Origin: an uncultured Eubacteriales bacterium
Lineage (GTDB): Bacteria > Bacillota > Clostridia > Oscillospirales > CAJFTT01
Length of the DNA stretch: 50,097 nt
Direction of reading: 5' to 3'
Assembly (NCBI GenBank): GCA_949284545.1
Contig: CASDVX010000099.1
Location: 1-50,097 of the forward strand
Position 1 is the stretch's first letter; each line of letters begins with the position of its first letter. Made by a program: the position numbers and the translations under genes. The notes beneath the pieces are model-generated. The model was not told the origin of the DNA, ran no database searches, and saw nothing but the letters and a program-made list of their open reading frames with translations. This document shows positions 1 to 9,291 of the stretch, one piece after another.

Positions 1-22
1 TCACAAAACGCGAAAGATGTCG

Positions 23-51
23 TTGTGTTTTCGATAAAAATCTCCTATGAT
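23..51 (+). promoter_or_regulatory. Putative sigma-A promoter for the TetR cluster
   Basis: TTGTGT-N17-TATGAT, upstream of RBS AAGGGGAG (82-89) and ATG 98. Confidence 0.45.
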
Positions 52-97
52 TACACTGTCAGCCGGCGCTGAAATATCATTAAGGGGAGAAAATATC

Positions 98-457
98 ATG
101 AACACAGACAAAATCTACGCAGAAGCGATTGCAAACGAGTATGCGCCTAAAGAGGCCTCAAAGGTGGTTGCCCTGAAAAAGCTGGACATGAAAGCAAAAA
201 GCAAGGCAAATATTTTTGCCTACACTTTCGGCGTCCTCATGGCCCTTGTGCTCGGAACGGGTATGTGTCTTTCCATGAGTGTAATAGGAGACGGGAGCGC
301 TTTCATGGTCGGAGCCGGGATTGCCGTGGGGATTTTAGGCATAGCCGGCGTCAGCGTGAATTATCCGATATATAAAAAGTTGCTGGACGCGGGCAAAAGG
401 AAATATGCGTTTGAGATCATGCAGCTTGCAAAGGAAATAAGCGAATCGGCGGAATGA
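98..457 (+). CDS. Conserved small two-TM membrane protein of unknown function
   Basis: RBS AAGGGGAG before ATG 98; MNTDKIYAEAIANEYAPK...KVVALKKLD N-terminus, then two hydrophobic helices; this type is common next to TetR genes in Firmicutes. Confidence 0.8.
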   Translation: MNTDKIYAEAIANEYAPKEASKVVALKKLDMKAKSKANIFAYTFGVLMALVLGTGMCLSMSVIGDGSAFMVGAGIAVGILGIAGVSVNYPIYKKLLDAGKRKYAFEIMQLAKEISESAE

Positions 458-474
458 TACGGGGAGGGCGGCGT

Positions 475-1074
475 ATGAATAAATCTGAGAGCAAGTACTT
501 TAACACCGCCCTGCGTATGGACAAGGCACTCATAGCTCTGCTGGAGAAAAAGGATCTGGAGTACATCACGGTTAAAGAGATCTGCGAGGAAGCCGGGGTG
601 AACCGGTCCACGTTCTACCTTCATTACGAGACGATCGGTGATCTGGTGAATGAGACAACAGAGATGATCAATGAACGCTTCCTGTCATATTTTCCGCAGA
701 ACGAAAAGAACATTTCGGATGAGCTCGAAGGCCGGCAACTGAGTGAGCTCATTCTGGTTACGAAAGAATATCTGATACCGTACCTCAGGTTTATAAAGGA
801 TAATAAAAGAGTTTACCGCGCGTCGTTCAGAAATCCAAACGATATGCAGGCGCACGCGCGGTACGGGGAACTGAAAAAGCACATACTTAGCCCCATACTT
901 GACAGATTCAGGGTTCCTGTGCCGTATCACCGGTATTACATCGCCTACTATATCGAGGGGATTATCGCCATCGTAAAGGAATGGCTGCGTCGGGACTGTG
1001 AGGATGAGGTCGAAATGATAGCCGATATCATAGAGCAATGCGTAAGACCCGAACCCGGAAAATATGGGGGATAA
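475..1074 (+). CDS. TetR/AcrR family transcriptional regulator
   Basis: HTH ITVKEICEEAGVNRSTFYLHY; RBS GGGGAGG before ATG 475. Confidence 0.93.
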   Translation: MNKSESKYFNTALRMDKALIALLEKKDLEYITVKEICEEAGVNRSTFYLHYETIGDLVNETTEMINERFLSYFPQNEKNISDELEGRQLSELILVTKEYLIPYLRFIKDNKRVYRASFRNPNDMQAHARYGELKKHILSPILDRFRVPVPYHRYYIAYYIEGIIAIVKEWLRRDCEDEVEMIADIIEQCVRPEPGKYGG

Positions 1075-1744
1075 CGGTATGCACGGGAAGGCCATGACGT
1101 TTCTGAGAGAGCGAAGGGACAGCCGGCTTTACGGCATCCTGACAGGTCCTGCGGTTTCATTCGGGGTTACGGCGCTGTTTGCGCTGTATCACGGTTACCT
1201 GGGTCTAAGCCTTACGTCGGTGTGGCACGGCGGCATATGCATATTCTATCTTCTTCTGACGGCAATACGGGGGATCATTTTCCTCACGGAAAAGCTTAAC
1301 CGGACGCGGGGAGAAAAGGAACGGGCCGTCAGCCGCCGCAGGACTTTTTTCATAAGTTCCGCTTTGCTTCTCGCGCTTGATCTGGCGCTGATACTTCCGA
1401 TAGCCATGATGGTCGTTATGGAGAGACCGGTTGACATTGGACTTATCCCGGCAATAGCGATGGCGACCTATACCACCTACAAGGTCACAATTGCGTCCGT
1501 GCGCGTCCGCAGACAGAGACGCAGTCCGGACGGAGATATCCTTATTTCGGAACTGCGGACGGTGAACTTCATTGACGCACTGGTTTCTGTCCTGACCCTA
1601 CAGAACACCTTGATCATGGTAAATCAGGACCAGGCGGGTGAGGACGATATGTTTATCCTGTCCGCCGTTTCCAGCGCGGCCATATATGCCGTGATCGTGT
1701 TCGTGACGGTTTATATGATGGTAAAAGGTTCAAAAAGGGCATGA
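1064..1744 (+). CDS. Multi-pass membrane protein of unknown function (start may be 1079)
   Basis: About 6 hydrophobic segments; overlaps or abuts the TetR stop, suggesting an operon. Confidence 0.75.
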   Translation: MGDNGMHGKAMTFLRERRDSRLYGILTGPAVSFGVTALFALYHGYLGLSLTSVWHGGICIFYLLLTAIRGIIFLTEKLNRTRGEKERAVSRRRTFFISSALLLALDLALILPIAMMVVMERPVDIGLIPAIAMATYTTYKVTIASVRVRRQRRSPDGDILISELRTVNFIDALVSVLTLQNTLIMVNQDQAGEDDMFILSAVSSAAIYAVIVFVTVYMMVKGSKRA

Positions 1745-1909
1745 AAATCTAAAAATTTCCGCGGTCCGAATTCAAACAGAACGAAGCAGCGGCGTAAGGT
1801 TTAACGCTGCCGCCTGCATGCCTGCAGCGCGACTTTCCTGTATCTGCATCTGCATATCGACGCACTCGTCATTTGCCATGCCTGTTTGCATGAAGTTTTA
1901 ACAGGCAGT

Positions 1910-1937
1910 GACCGCCAGAACGGGTACGTCATAAAAT
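1910..1937 (+). promoter_or_regulatory. Putative sigma-K-like (mother-cell) promoter of the vWA gene
   Basis: GACC-N16-CATAAAAT fits the AC-N16/17-CATAnnnT pattern. Confidence 0.4.
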
Positions 1938-1986
1938 GAAGAGGGACAAAGTCCCTCTGATTTTTGTTTTTAGGAGGTAACACGCA

Positions 1987-3369
1987 ATGGGTGTTACAAG
2001 TTCAAATAAGCAGATAAGCGCCGACCGCATAGACTGCGACGGAACGCTTAAAGTTACTCTCGCGCTTTCCGCGTCCCCGGATATTCTCACCAATCCTACC
2101 GATATAGTTTTGGTGCTGGACCGTTCGGGCAGTATGACGGGAAGCCCGCTTGCCAACATGAAAGCGGGGGCAAAAACATTCATCGATATCATATCCGAGA
2201 GCACGGGCGGTTCTCAGGACGGGATGATTGGCTCCGGGAGCCGTATAGGGATAGCCAGCTTTGCCGACACCGCCACGGCGAACACACAGCTCATCACCTC
2301 GGTGGACGCGCTCAAGAGCGCGGTGGACAGCCTGACGGCGGGCGGATCAACGAACCACGCGGATGCATTTTCCACGGCAGCGCAGCTCTTTGACCCGTTT
2401 TCCGCAAACGCCAGGGTTATAGTCATGTTTACCGACGGTAAGACCACAACGGGCATGCCCCCTTCGCCCGTGGCGGCGTCAATAAGGGCGACAGGCGTGA
2501 TAATATACTGCATCGGCCTGATAGGGTCAGACGGCATAGACGTCAATGTCCTTAACGACTGGGCAACTGACCCGGATGCTTCCCATGTGGCCGTGACTCC
2601 CGACGATGCCGATCTGGAAGAGCTGTTCAAGGAATTGGCTGCCAATATATCCAAAACGGGAGCTACCGATATAGTCATTGACGAAGTGGTAAACCCCGAC
2701 TTTGTGATAACCAGTATGGATATGCCCACAAAGGGCAATGCCACGGTTTTGGATACAAACACTATCCAGTGGAAGATAGATGAGCTGGGCGTGACCGCTA
2801 ACGAAGGTGCGTCGCTGGAATTCTATATCAGGCACATCGCAGGAGATTCAGGCGAAAAGCTGGTCAATCAGAGCATCACTTACTCCGATAACGAGGGCAA
2901 CACGGTCATATTCCCCAAGCCCACGGTCACGGTGGACTGCGATATTGTGGTAAACCCGGAACCGTGCCCGACCCCCGTGGACCTGACCGTGTCGGGGTGC
3001 AACGACTCCGCGTTGGTAGACTTAGGGGACACCTACCTTGAGTCCCAGGGGCGCATACTCCAGCTTGACGTGACCGTCAAAAATGTCTGCCCCGGAAAAC
3101 GCGTCGCACTCGCCGTGATACTCACGGAGGTGGACGAAAACGGGATGGAGTATCAGCGCGGCATGAAGGCCTTCACCATTCCGGCGCACGATTATGACGG
3201 CTGCCGCGACGTGCTGGTAAAATGCATCAAGTTTGTGCTTCCCGAGGATCTGGACGTATCCGGAAGTTCCACGGCCATGTGCAACGAAAGGAACTTCAGG
3301 GCGCGGGTGATTGCCCATAATATCGACACGGATTACAGGTGCTGCGAATCGGTGACCGTATCCCTGTGA
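1987..3369 (+). CDS. vWA (von Willebrand A) domain protein with beta-sandwich and Cys-rich C-terminal domains
   Basis: MIDAS motif VLDRSGSM, T in GGSTNH, D in MFTDG; RBS AGGAGGT; no signal peptide. Confidence 0.9.
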   Translation: MGVTSSNKQISADRIDCDGTLKVTLALSASPDILTNPTDIVLVLDRSGSMTGSPLANMKAGAKTFIDIISESTGGSQDGMIGSGSRIGIASFADTATANTQLITSVDALKSAVDSLTAGGSTNHADAFSTAAQLFDPFSANARVIVMFTDGKTTTGMPPSPVAASIRATGVIIYCIGLIGSDGIDVNVLNDWATDPDASHVAVTPDDADLEELFKELAANISKTGATDIVIDEVVNPDFVITSMDMPTKGNATVLDTNTIQWKIDELGVTANEGASLEFYIRHIAGDSGEKLVNQSITYSDNEGNTVIFPKPTVTVDCDIVVNPEPCPTPVDLTVSGCNDSALVDLGDTYLESQGRILQLDVTVKNVCPGKRVALAVILTEVDENGMEYQRGMKAFTIPAHDYDGCRDVLVKCIKFVLPEDLDVSGSSTAMCNERNFRARVIAHNIDTDYRCCESVTVSL

Positions 3370-3380
3370 CGGTGTAAAAC

Positions 3381-3412
3381 GAAAGCCGGCTTTAAGCCGG
3401 CTTTCATTTTTT
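3381..3412. terminator. Bidirectional rho-independent terminator
   Basis: GAAAGCCGGC-TTTAA-GCCGGCTTTC with A and T runs on either side, between convergent genes. Confidence 0.85.
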
Positions 3413-3451
3413 AATCCCGCCGGCAGAACGCCGAAAATCTTTCGGTGCACC

Positions 3452-4303
3452 TCAGTACGGGTATTCATATTCGAAGGAAGCCCTTGACGTGTCAAACGAA
3501 AAAAGCGTGTGGGTGCCCTGCCGGAACCGGAAGGAGGCACGGCAGGAGGCGCTTTCCCGGATCGTGCGGCTCATCGCCCCGTTCTCAGGTGCGAGAAGCG
3601 CGCGCTCCCGCCTTTCGAGCAGCCTTGCCGTCAAAACCGCGCCGCCCTGACGTATGACTATTTCGCCGTTTTTAATTTTTACGGCCCTCCCTCCCAGATA
3701 AGTCGCCAACCGGTATTCCTTTCCCCGCCACATGACCACCGCTATAACTCCGGTGAAACGGAGAAGCCCCACGGGTATGTCCGCAACGCTGAGCATGACC
3801 GACCCGTCGCCAAAATTGCACTGCGCCCACGCGTACTCTTTCGGGAAGGAACGTCCCCGGTCACCTTCTATATAGCCTACTCCGTCGTCGAAACGGTAAT
3901 CGGTTCCGTTTATCCTCACATTCCCGGTAACCGTATGTTCCATGCTCAAAACGCTGTGCCTGCATTCCATAAACGGGAGAAAGCGGAAAGGCCCCATGAT
4001 GTCGTACCGTATAGGGGAAAGCTTCCCGAACCTGACACAACCCTTCGCACGGCAGCCTGGTGCGTTTAGATCCAGGCTCATCCCGCTTTTGCCGAAACGG
4101 TTGCCGTTTACGCATATGTTAAATCCGTCTTTTGCCTCGCTGAAATCTTCAAAGGGGAACCCGGCGTTCCATGCTTCGTCGTCTGAAATAAGCTGTACGG
4201 AACACGATTTTTTTCCGCCGGAAATGTGTACCGACGGGATAACCGCCAACGTCCGGCGGTCCGACTGACACTTGAAGTACCACCCGCAGAAATAATCCTT
4301 CAT
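3452..4303 (-). CDS. Tocopherol cyclase family protein
   Basis: YFCGWYFKCQ, YDIMGPFRFLPFMECRH, GYIEGDRGRSFP..YAW motifs; ATG at 4303 after AAGGGG. Confidence 0.8.
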   Translation of the reverse strand: MKDYFCGWYFKCQSDRRTLAVIPSVHISGGKKSCSVQLISDDEAWNAGFPFEDFSEAKDGFNICVNGNRFGKSGMSLDLNAPGCRAKGCVRFGKLSPIRYDIMGPFRFLPFMECRHSVLSMEHTVTGNVRINGTDYRFDDGVGYIEGDRGRSFPKEYAWAQCNFGDGSVMLSVADIPVGLLRFTGVIAVVMWRGKEYRLATYLGGRAVKIKNGEIVIRQGGAVLTARLLERRERALLAPENGAMSRTIRESASCRASFRFRQGTHTLFSFDTSRASFEYEYPY

Positions 4304-4411
4304 ACCGTTAAAGTGCCCCTTTTTTGACAAATCTGAGGTTTATTTTCTGCTTATGCGGCGGGAATATTCGCAAAAAACTCCATGCCTGCGTCGGCAAATT
4401 TGATTTTACCG

Positions 4412-4440
4412 GAATACCTGCGCGAGTATGAAGGATAATA
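4412..4440 (+). promoter_or_regulatory. Putative forespore (sigma-G/F-like) promoter
   Basis: GAATA-N17-GATAATA upstream of the YhfW-like gene; same -10 string as at 16998-17004. Confidence 0.35.
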
Positions 4441-4473
4441 TTCGTAAGCCAAACGTTTTTTGGAGGTACGGAG

Positions 4474-5771
4474 ATGGAATCATTATGGTCGCAGACATGG
4501 AAGAAACCGCAGTTTGAAAGCCTGTCCGGCAAAATAAAAACGGACGTGCTGATAATAGGCGGAGGGATGGCCGGTATTTTATGCGCGTACATGCTTCACC
4601 GCAGGGGAGTGCCGTATGTGCTGGCGGAAGCTCGATCCGTGTGCGGTGGCATAACCGGCAACACCACCGCAAAGATAACCTCGCAGCACGGGCTAATTTA
4701 CGATAAGCTCATCCGTGAATTCGGCGAAGAAAAAGCCCGTCTGTATTTTGAAGCCAACGAAAAGGCGCTGTCTGCTTACCGCGGCTGTGCGGCGGCATGG
4801 ATTGCGATTTTGAGGAAAAGGATTCCTATGTTTATTCCATTGATGACCGCGGGAAGATAGAGAAAGAGATAACGGCGCTGGAAAGACTGGGTGGGCGGCC
4901 GCAGTTTGCCGCCCGGATCCCGCTTCCGTTCCCGGTTGCCGGCGCGGTGAAATACCCCGGTCAGGCGCAGTTCCACCCTCTGAAATTCATATCCTCCGTA
5001 TCTGAAGGACTGAATATTTACGAGAATACCGCAGTAAGGGAGCTTGCGCCGAAAAGAGCGGTGACCGAACGCGGGGAGATCGCTGCGGAACATATCGTAG
5101 TTGCCACGCATTTCCCGATTTTAAACAAACACGGCGGGTATTTTATAAAAATGTATCAGCGGCGGTCTTACGTACTTGCCCTCGAAAACGCGCCGAACGT
5201 GGAAGGGATGTATATAGACGAAGCGACCGACGGGCTGTCATTTCGCAATTACCGGGACCTTCTTCTCTTGGGCGGGGGAGGACACCGCACAGGGAAAGAA
5301 GGGGGGAACTGGAACGAACTGCGGGGCTTTGCGCGTAAATACTACCCGGATGCAGCGGAGAAATACCGCTGGGCCTCGCAGGACTGCATGACCCTCGACG
5401 GAGTCCCATATATAGGGGCTTATTCCTCCGGCACGTCTAATTTGTACGTTGCCACGGGGTTCAACAAGTGGGGGATGACATCTTCCATGGTCGCCGCATC
5501 GGTTTTGTGCGATATGATTACCGGTAAGAAAAACCAGTACGCGGAGCTTTTTTCGCCGTCAAGGACGGTGCTCCGCCCGCAGCTTGCCGCAAACGCTTTT
5601 GAATCGGTCATCAGTCTGCTCACACCGTCGACAAAACGCTGCCCGCACCTGGGCTGCGCGCTGAAATGGAATCCGGCGGAACATACATGGGACTGCCCCT
5701 GCCACGGCTCAAGATTCACGGAAGCGGGCGGACTGATCGATAATCCCGCCACGGGAGATCTGAAAAAGTAG
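4474..5771 (+). pseudogene. YhfW-like FAD-dependent oxidoreductase with C-terminal Rieske [2Fe-2S] domain, split by a 1-nt frameshift near 4783
   Basis: ORF 4474..4860 has GGGMAG and TGNTTAKIT; ORF 4797..5771 has ATGFNKWGMT and Rieske CPHLGC...WDCPCHGSRF; adding one base at TAC CGC _GG CTG joins them. Could be a real lesion or a sequencing error. Confidence 0.85.
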
Positions 5772-6052
5772 CGCGGGCTGCCGCGCCGCCGCAGTTGTAC
5801 GCCACACTCCCTTATGGCGCAGATGCCAAAATTCACATAGCGCCACAGATAGCGCACATAGCGCCGCCAGTTTCCGCGTCAATTCCCGTTTCGTTCCCGC
5901 CGGTTACTGCGTTCATGCCGGCTGCTCCCCCGCGCCGGCTAGTGTAACGCATGTCATGTATGCCTGCGCGCTTCCCGTGCCGACGCGTACGTGGCAACGC
6001 CTATACCACCGCCTCTGCAGCCTCCCGTGTTTGTGCTTATCCTCACCGCTGT

Positions 6053-6080
6053 AACGCTTCGGGGACCCGTAGCATACACT
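6053..6080 (+). promoter_or_regulatory. Putative sigma-K/E-like promoter of the cupin gene
   Basis: AACG-N16-CATACACT upstream of RBS AAGGAGGAG. Confidence 0.4.
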
Positions 6081-6112
6081 GTTAGCGAGGCTTTCCTAAG
6101 GAGGAGTGAAAA

Positions 6113-6556
6113 ATGAGACAAAACAGACGCGGCGGCTGCCGACAGCCCATAAGGGACTGCGGCCCCCAGCCGTTTGTTGCCAACATCGATTGTCTGGCAA
6201 AAATGAATACCAATTACCGCACGGCTCTTTGGACAGGGGAACATCTCCAGGTGACGCTGATGAGCATCCCCGCGGGCGGGGATATCGGCCTAGAAATGCA
6301 CGATGACGTAGACCAGTTCATACGCATTGAAAGCGGGTACGCTCTGGTGCAGATGGGCAGATGCTGCGACGCTTTCGACAGCTGTCAGAGAGTAAACGGC
6401 GAATACGCGGTATTCATCCCGGCCGGAACATGGCACAATATCACAAATATCGGACGTACGCCGCTCAGGCTGTATTCCGTCTATGCGCCGCCCCAGCATC
6501 CTTTCGGCACCGTTCACAGGACCAAAAGGGACGCGGAGTGCGCGGAGAACCGGTAA
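6113..6556 (+). CDS. Cupin domain protein (YrkC-like)
   Basis: YRTALWTGEHLQVTLMSI, IGLEMHDDVDQFIRIE, IPAGTWHNITN, LYSVYAPPQHPFGTVH. Confidence 0.9.
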   Translation: MRQNRRGGCRQPIRDCGPQPFVANIDCLAKMNTNYRTALWTGEHLQVTLMSIPAGGDIGLEMHDDVDQFIRIESGYALVQMGRCCDAFDSCQRVNGEYAVFIPAGTWHNITNIGRTPLRLYSVYAPPQHPFGTVHRTKRDAECAENR

Positions 6557-6587
6557 CGATTTCGCCTCGGCGTTTAATATATACAGA

Positions 6588-6628
6588 CAGCGCGGGGGAC
6601 CTCAGGAAGGGTCCCCCGCGCTGCTTTT
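6588..6628 (+). terminator. Rho-independent terminator
   Basis: 14-bp perfect stem CAGCGCGGGGGACC/GGTCCCCCGCGCTG followed by CTTTT. Confidence 0.85.
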
Positions 6629-6949
6629 CGGGAACTTGTCAAACGCGCCGCCCCGACGCCCGACGCTCCACCGCGTTTTTAACGCCTGCGTGACGCCCGC
6701 TATTTTTTCCACGCCGCCGCACCCGCTCCCGACGTTCCCGTGCTGCCTCCGCGCGCCCGTATTCCCCGCTGTTGTCCGGCTGCCTGCTGTTCAGATACCG
6801 GGATTTTTCCGCTTTTCGCATTGCCTTCCTGAATTAACCTTATTGAGTTAACAATAAATCGGATACCGACCGTTTCCGACTTAAAAGAGGTAATCCTTTA
6901 ACCTCAAAACGGGTAATCTAATCACAAAAGGACGGATCGGGGAGATAAA

Positions 6950-7192
6950 ATGAACGTAGGCAATGCGGTAAGAGAAAGGTTATTGGAGCTGTGTTCCGGC
7001 AGGAATATAACGGTCAACCGCCTTGCGACCATGAGCGGGGTGACGCAGTCCACGCTCACCAACATAATGAGCGGACGCAGCAACGGCACTACGGTTTCCG
7101 CTATAGAGGAGCTGCGCGACGGCCCTGATATTACCATAACGGAGTTTTTCACATCGGAATTGTTTGAAAATCCTGAGCAGGAGATACATTAA
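6950..7192 (+). CDS. XRE/Cro-C1 family HTH regulator (possibly decaying)
   Basis: ITVNRLATMSGVTQSTLTNIMSG HTH and EFF..ELF.N.EQEI C-terminus; RBS GGGGAG. Confidence 0.8.
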   Translation: MNVGNAVRERLLELCSGRNITVNRLATMSGVTQSTLTNIMSGRSNGTTVSAIEELRDGPDITITEFFTSELFENPEQEIH

Positions 7193-7450
7193 GCGGACGT
7201 CCGCGCGGTGTCCCTTTGCATTATGGGTCTTTGTCGCCTTACCGGCGCCCGCTGTCTTGTCACGGCTGCCGTTTTGCCGCGTCCTCGCCCGCCGGGACGT
7301 GCCGGTTATAACTCGAAAAAATATGTAGCGGTCTGGGGACGAACCTGCGGGAATTTTTCCACGGGAGTATTTTTATCAATACCCGCAGGTAAAAGCCGCA
7401 AATTTTTAGAATTTCGCTTTTCCCGCATGGGCGGGAGATTTCGGCTGATC

Positions 7451-7490
7451 AAAAATAAAGGAGGATGCCACGCAGGCGTCCTCCTTTTTA
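7451..7490. terminator. Bidirectional terminator ending the his operon
   Basis: AAAGGAGGATGCC-ACGCA-GGCGTCCTCCTTT with A and T tails, about 35 nt past the hisK stop. Confidence 0.85.
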
Positions 7491-7523
7491 TCCTGACTGT
7501 TCATCACACCGGTCCCGGACGAT

Positions 7524-8327
7524 TCATCCTTTTTTGTAAAACGGCAGAGAGCGAAGAGACAGGACCTTTACTCCCATGTCCCGGACAAAGGGTTCCCATA
7601 TGCCGAACTGAAAACACAGTGTGTCCGCGCTGTGGCTGTCGCCGGACATTATAACCCCACCGCCGTGAGCGGATATCAGCCTCAGCACATCCGTGCAGGG
7701 GTATGGGACGCTGCGGTATCCCCGGGCTATGGCTCCCGTGTTTACCTCGAATGGCTTGCCCGTTTTCAGCAGACTGATCGCCGCCGCGTCCCTTGATTTC
7801 ACGTACCTTTCGTCCGTCTCGTCAAAAAGTCTCCCGTTTTCGTTGAACTTGGTTATAAGGTCGAAATGTCCTACGATGTCCGCTCCGGTTTCCTCGACGA
7901 CCCGCGACACGGCCGAAAAATATTCTACGGCAAGAGCGCACATATCCCCGCCGAAAAATCTGTCCGCCGCGTCCAGAAGTATTTCCGGGCTGTCGTCTAC
8001 CGGGACATATTCCCCGTCCAGGCGAAGGTAATGCACCGAACCTATTACGTAGTCGAAACCCTCGGCGCGTCCCGAGTACAGGTCCTGCTCTATGCCGCAG
8101 AACACACGTATCCTGCCGCGGTACTTTTCCCTGAGCATGGATATTTCCCTGCGGTATTCCTCGGTTTTGCCGGCGCCCAGACAGTAACGGGTGTCAAAGG
8201 GCGTGTGGCTGTGGGCGGAAAAGCCTATGGCGTCCAGGCCTCCGTCTATCGCCGCAAGGATCATTTCTTCCGGCGTGTCCGCCCCGTCGCAGTACCTTGT
8301 GTGTACGTGAAGATCGTAAAGGCTCAT
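7524..8327 (-). CDS. hisK: Histidinol-phosphatase, PHP family (HisJ/HisK)
   Basis: DLHVHTRYCDG, GFSAH, GSVH, GHFD, EVNTG, GDSH motifs; last gene of the his operon. Confidence 0.9.
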   Translation of the reverse strand: MSLYDLHVHTRYCDGADTPEEMILAAIDGGLDAIGFSAHSHTPFDTRYCLGAGKTEEYRREISMLREKYRGRIRVFCGIEQDLYSGRAEGFDYVIGSVHYLRLDGEYVPVDDSPEILLDAADRFFGGDMCALAVEYFSAVSRVVEETGADIVGHFDLITKFNENGRLFDETDERYVKSRDAAAISLLKTGKPFEVNTGAIARGYRSVPYPCTDVLRLISAHGGGVIMSGDSHSADTLCFQFGIWEPFVRDMGVKVLSLRSLPFYKKG

Positions 8328-8974
8328 TGCGTCATTTTCTCCTGCTTTACCTTGTGGTCTATGACGTGGCGGGAGGAAAGCTCCCTGTGGATATCCTCAA
8401 GGGATATTCCCGCCTCTATCATCAGCACCAGAAGATGATATACCAGGTCGGAGATCTCGTATACGGTCTCCTTTTTGTCCTGCGCCTTGGCGGCTATTAT
8501 CACTTCGGTGCATTCCTCGCCCACCTTTTTGAGTATCTTATCAAGCCCCTTGCCGAAAAGATACGAGGTATACGAACCCTCCTTCATGTCGGTCTTTCTC
8601 CCGCGTATAAGCTCCATGAGCATGCCCAGGGAAAAATCCTGCTCGTTCTCGTTCTGCCATACGGGATACTCGAAGCACGAATCTGTGCCGAGATGGCAGG
8701 CGGGACCGTCGGGTATCACCGATATGAGAAGCGCGTCCTTGTCGCAGTCTGCGGTCACGGAAACTATGTGCTGATAGTTTCCGCTGGTCTCGCCCTTGAG
8801 CCACAGTTCCTGCCTTTTGCGGCTGAAAAAGCAGGTCAGCCCTTTTTTGAGTGATATCTCAAGGCTTTCCCGGTTCATGTAGGCCAGGGTGAGCACGCGT
8901 TTTGTGACGGAATCGGTAACTATGGCGGGTATCAGCCCGTTTCCGTCAAATTTCAGCTCGTCGATGTTTATCAT
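8324..8974 (-). CDS. hisIE: Bifunctional phosphoribosyl-AMP cyclohydrolase / phosphoribosyl-ATP pyrophosphohydrolase
   Basis: LWLKGETSGN, DCDKDA, GPACHLGTDSCF, ILKKVGEEC. Confidence 0.97.
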   Translation of the reverse strand: MINIDELKFDGNGLIPAIVTDSVTKRVLTLAYMNRESLEISLKKGLTCFFSRKRQELWLKGETSGNYQHIVSVTADCDKDALLISVIPDGPACHLGTDSCFEYPVWQNENEQDFSLGMLMELIRGRKTDMKEGSYTSYLFGKGLDKILKKVGEECTEVIIAAKAQDKKETVYEISDLVYHLLVLMIEAGISLEDIHRELSSRHVIDHKVKQEKMTQ

Positions 8975-9291
8975 ATTATCATATCCTTTCAGGGACGGCC
9001 GCAAGGCCGTGCCGATTACGGTATTACGTACAAAAAACGGCGGTCAGCGGGCGACAATGAGAATGCGCCCCGAACGCGAACCCGCACGGGGAGGATGCGC
9101 CGCCCGGTTTTTGCATACCGGAACAGAGAAGCCTGCGTGACCTGCGGACTACGCAGCTTTGCCGGAGATCGTGCGCACATCTTTACTCTTCCTCGCGGGG
9201 GATTGTACTCAAATCCTCACCCAGCCCCGACGGGGCACCGTGCGGCGCTCCTTACCCCGCGCTGTACACGGCTGCCGCACCGCGTTATCCT

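Noticed and set aside
2-21. CACA-N12-TGTC as a TetR operator upstream of the first promoter
   Set aside because: Short, imperfect and at the window edge; cannot be supported without upstream sequence
1-7200. Accessory block as a prophage, ICE or defence island
   Set aside because: No integrase, transposase, phage, conjugation or defence-domain genes; the vWA gene lacks MoxR, kinase or PP2C partners
7208-7654. 148-aa plus-strand ORF after the XRE gene
   Set aside because: No RBS or motifs; crosses a terminator and overlaps hisK on the opposite strand
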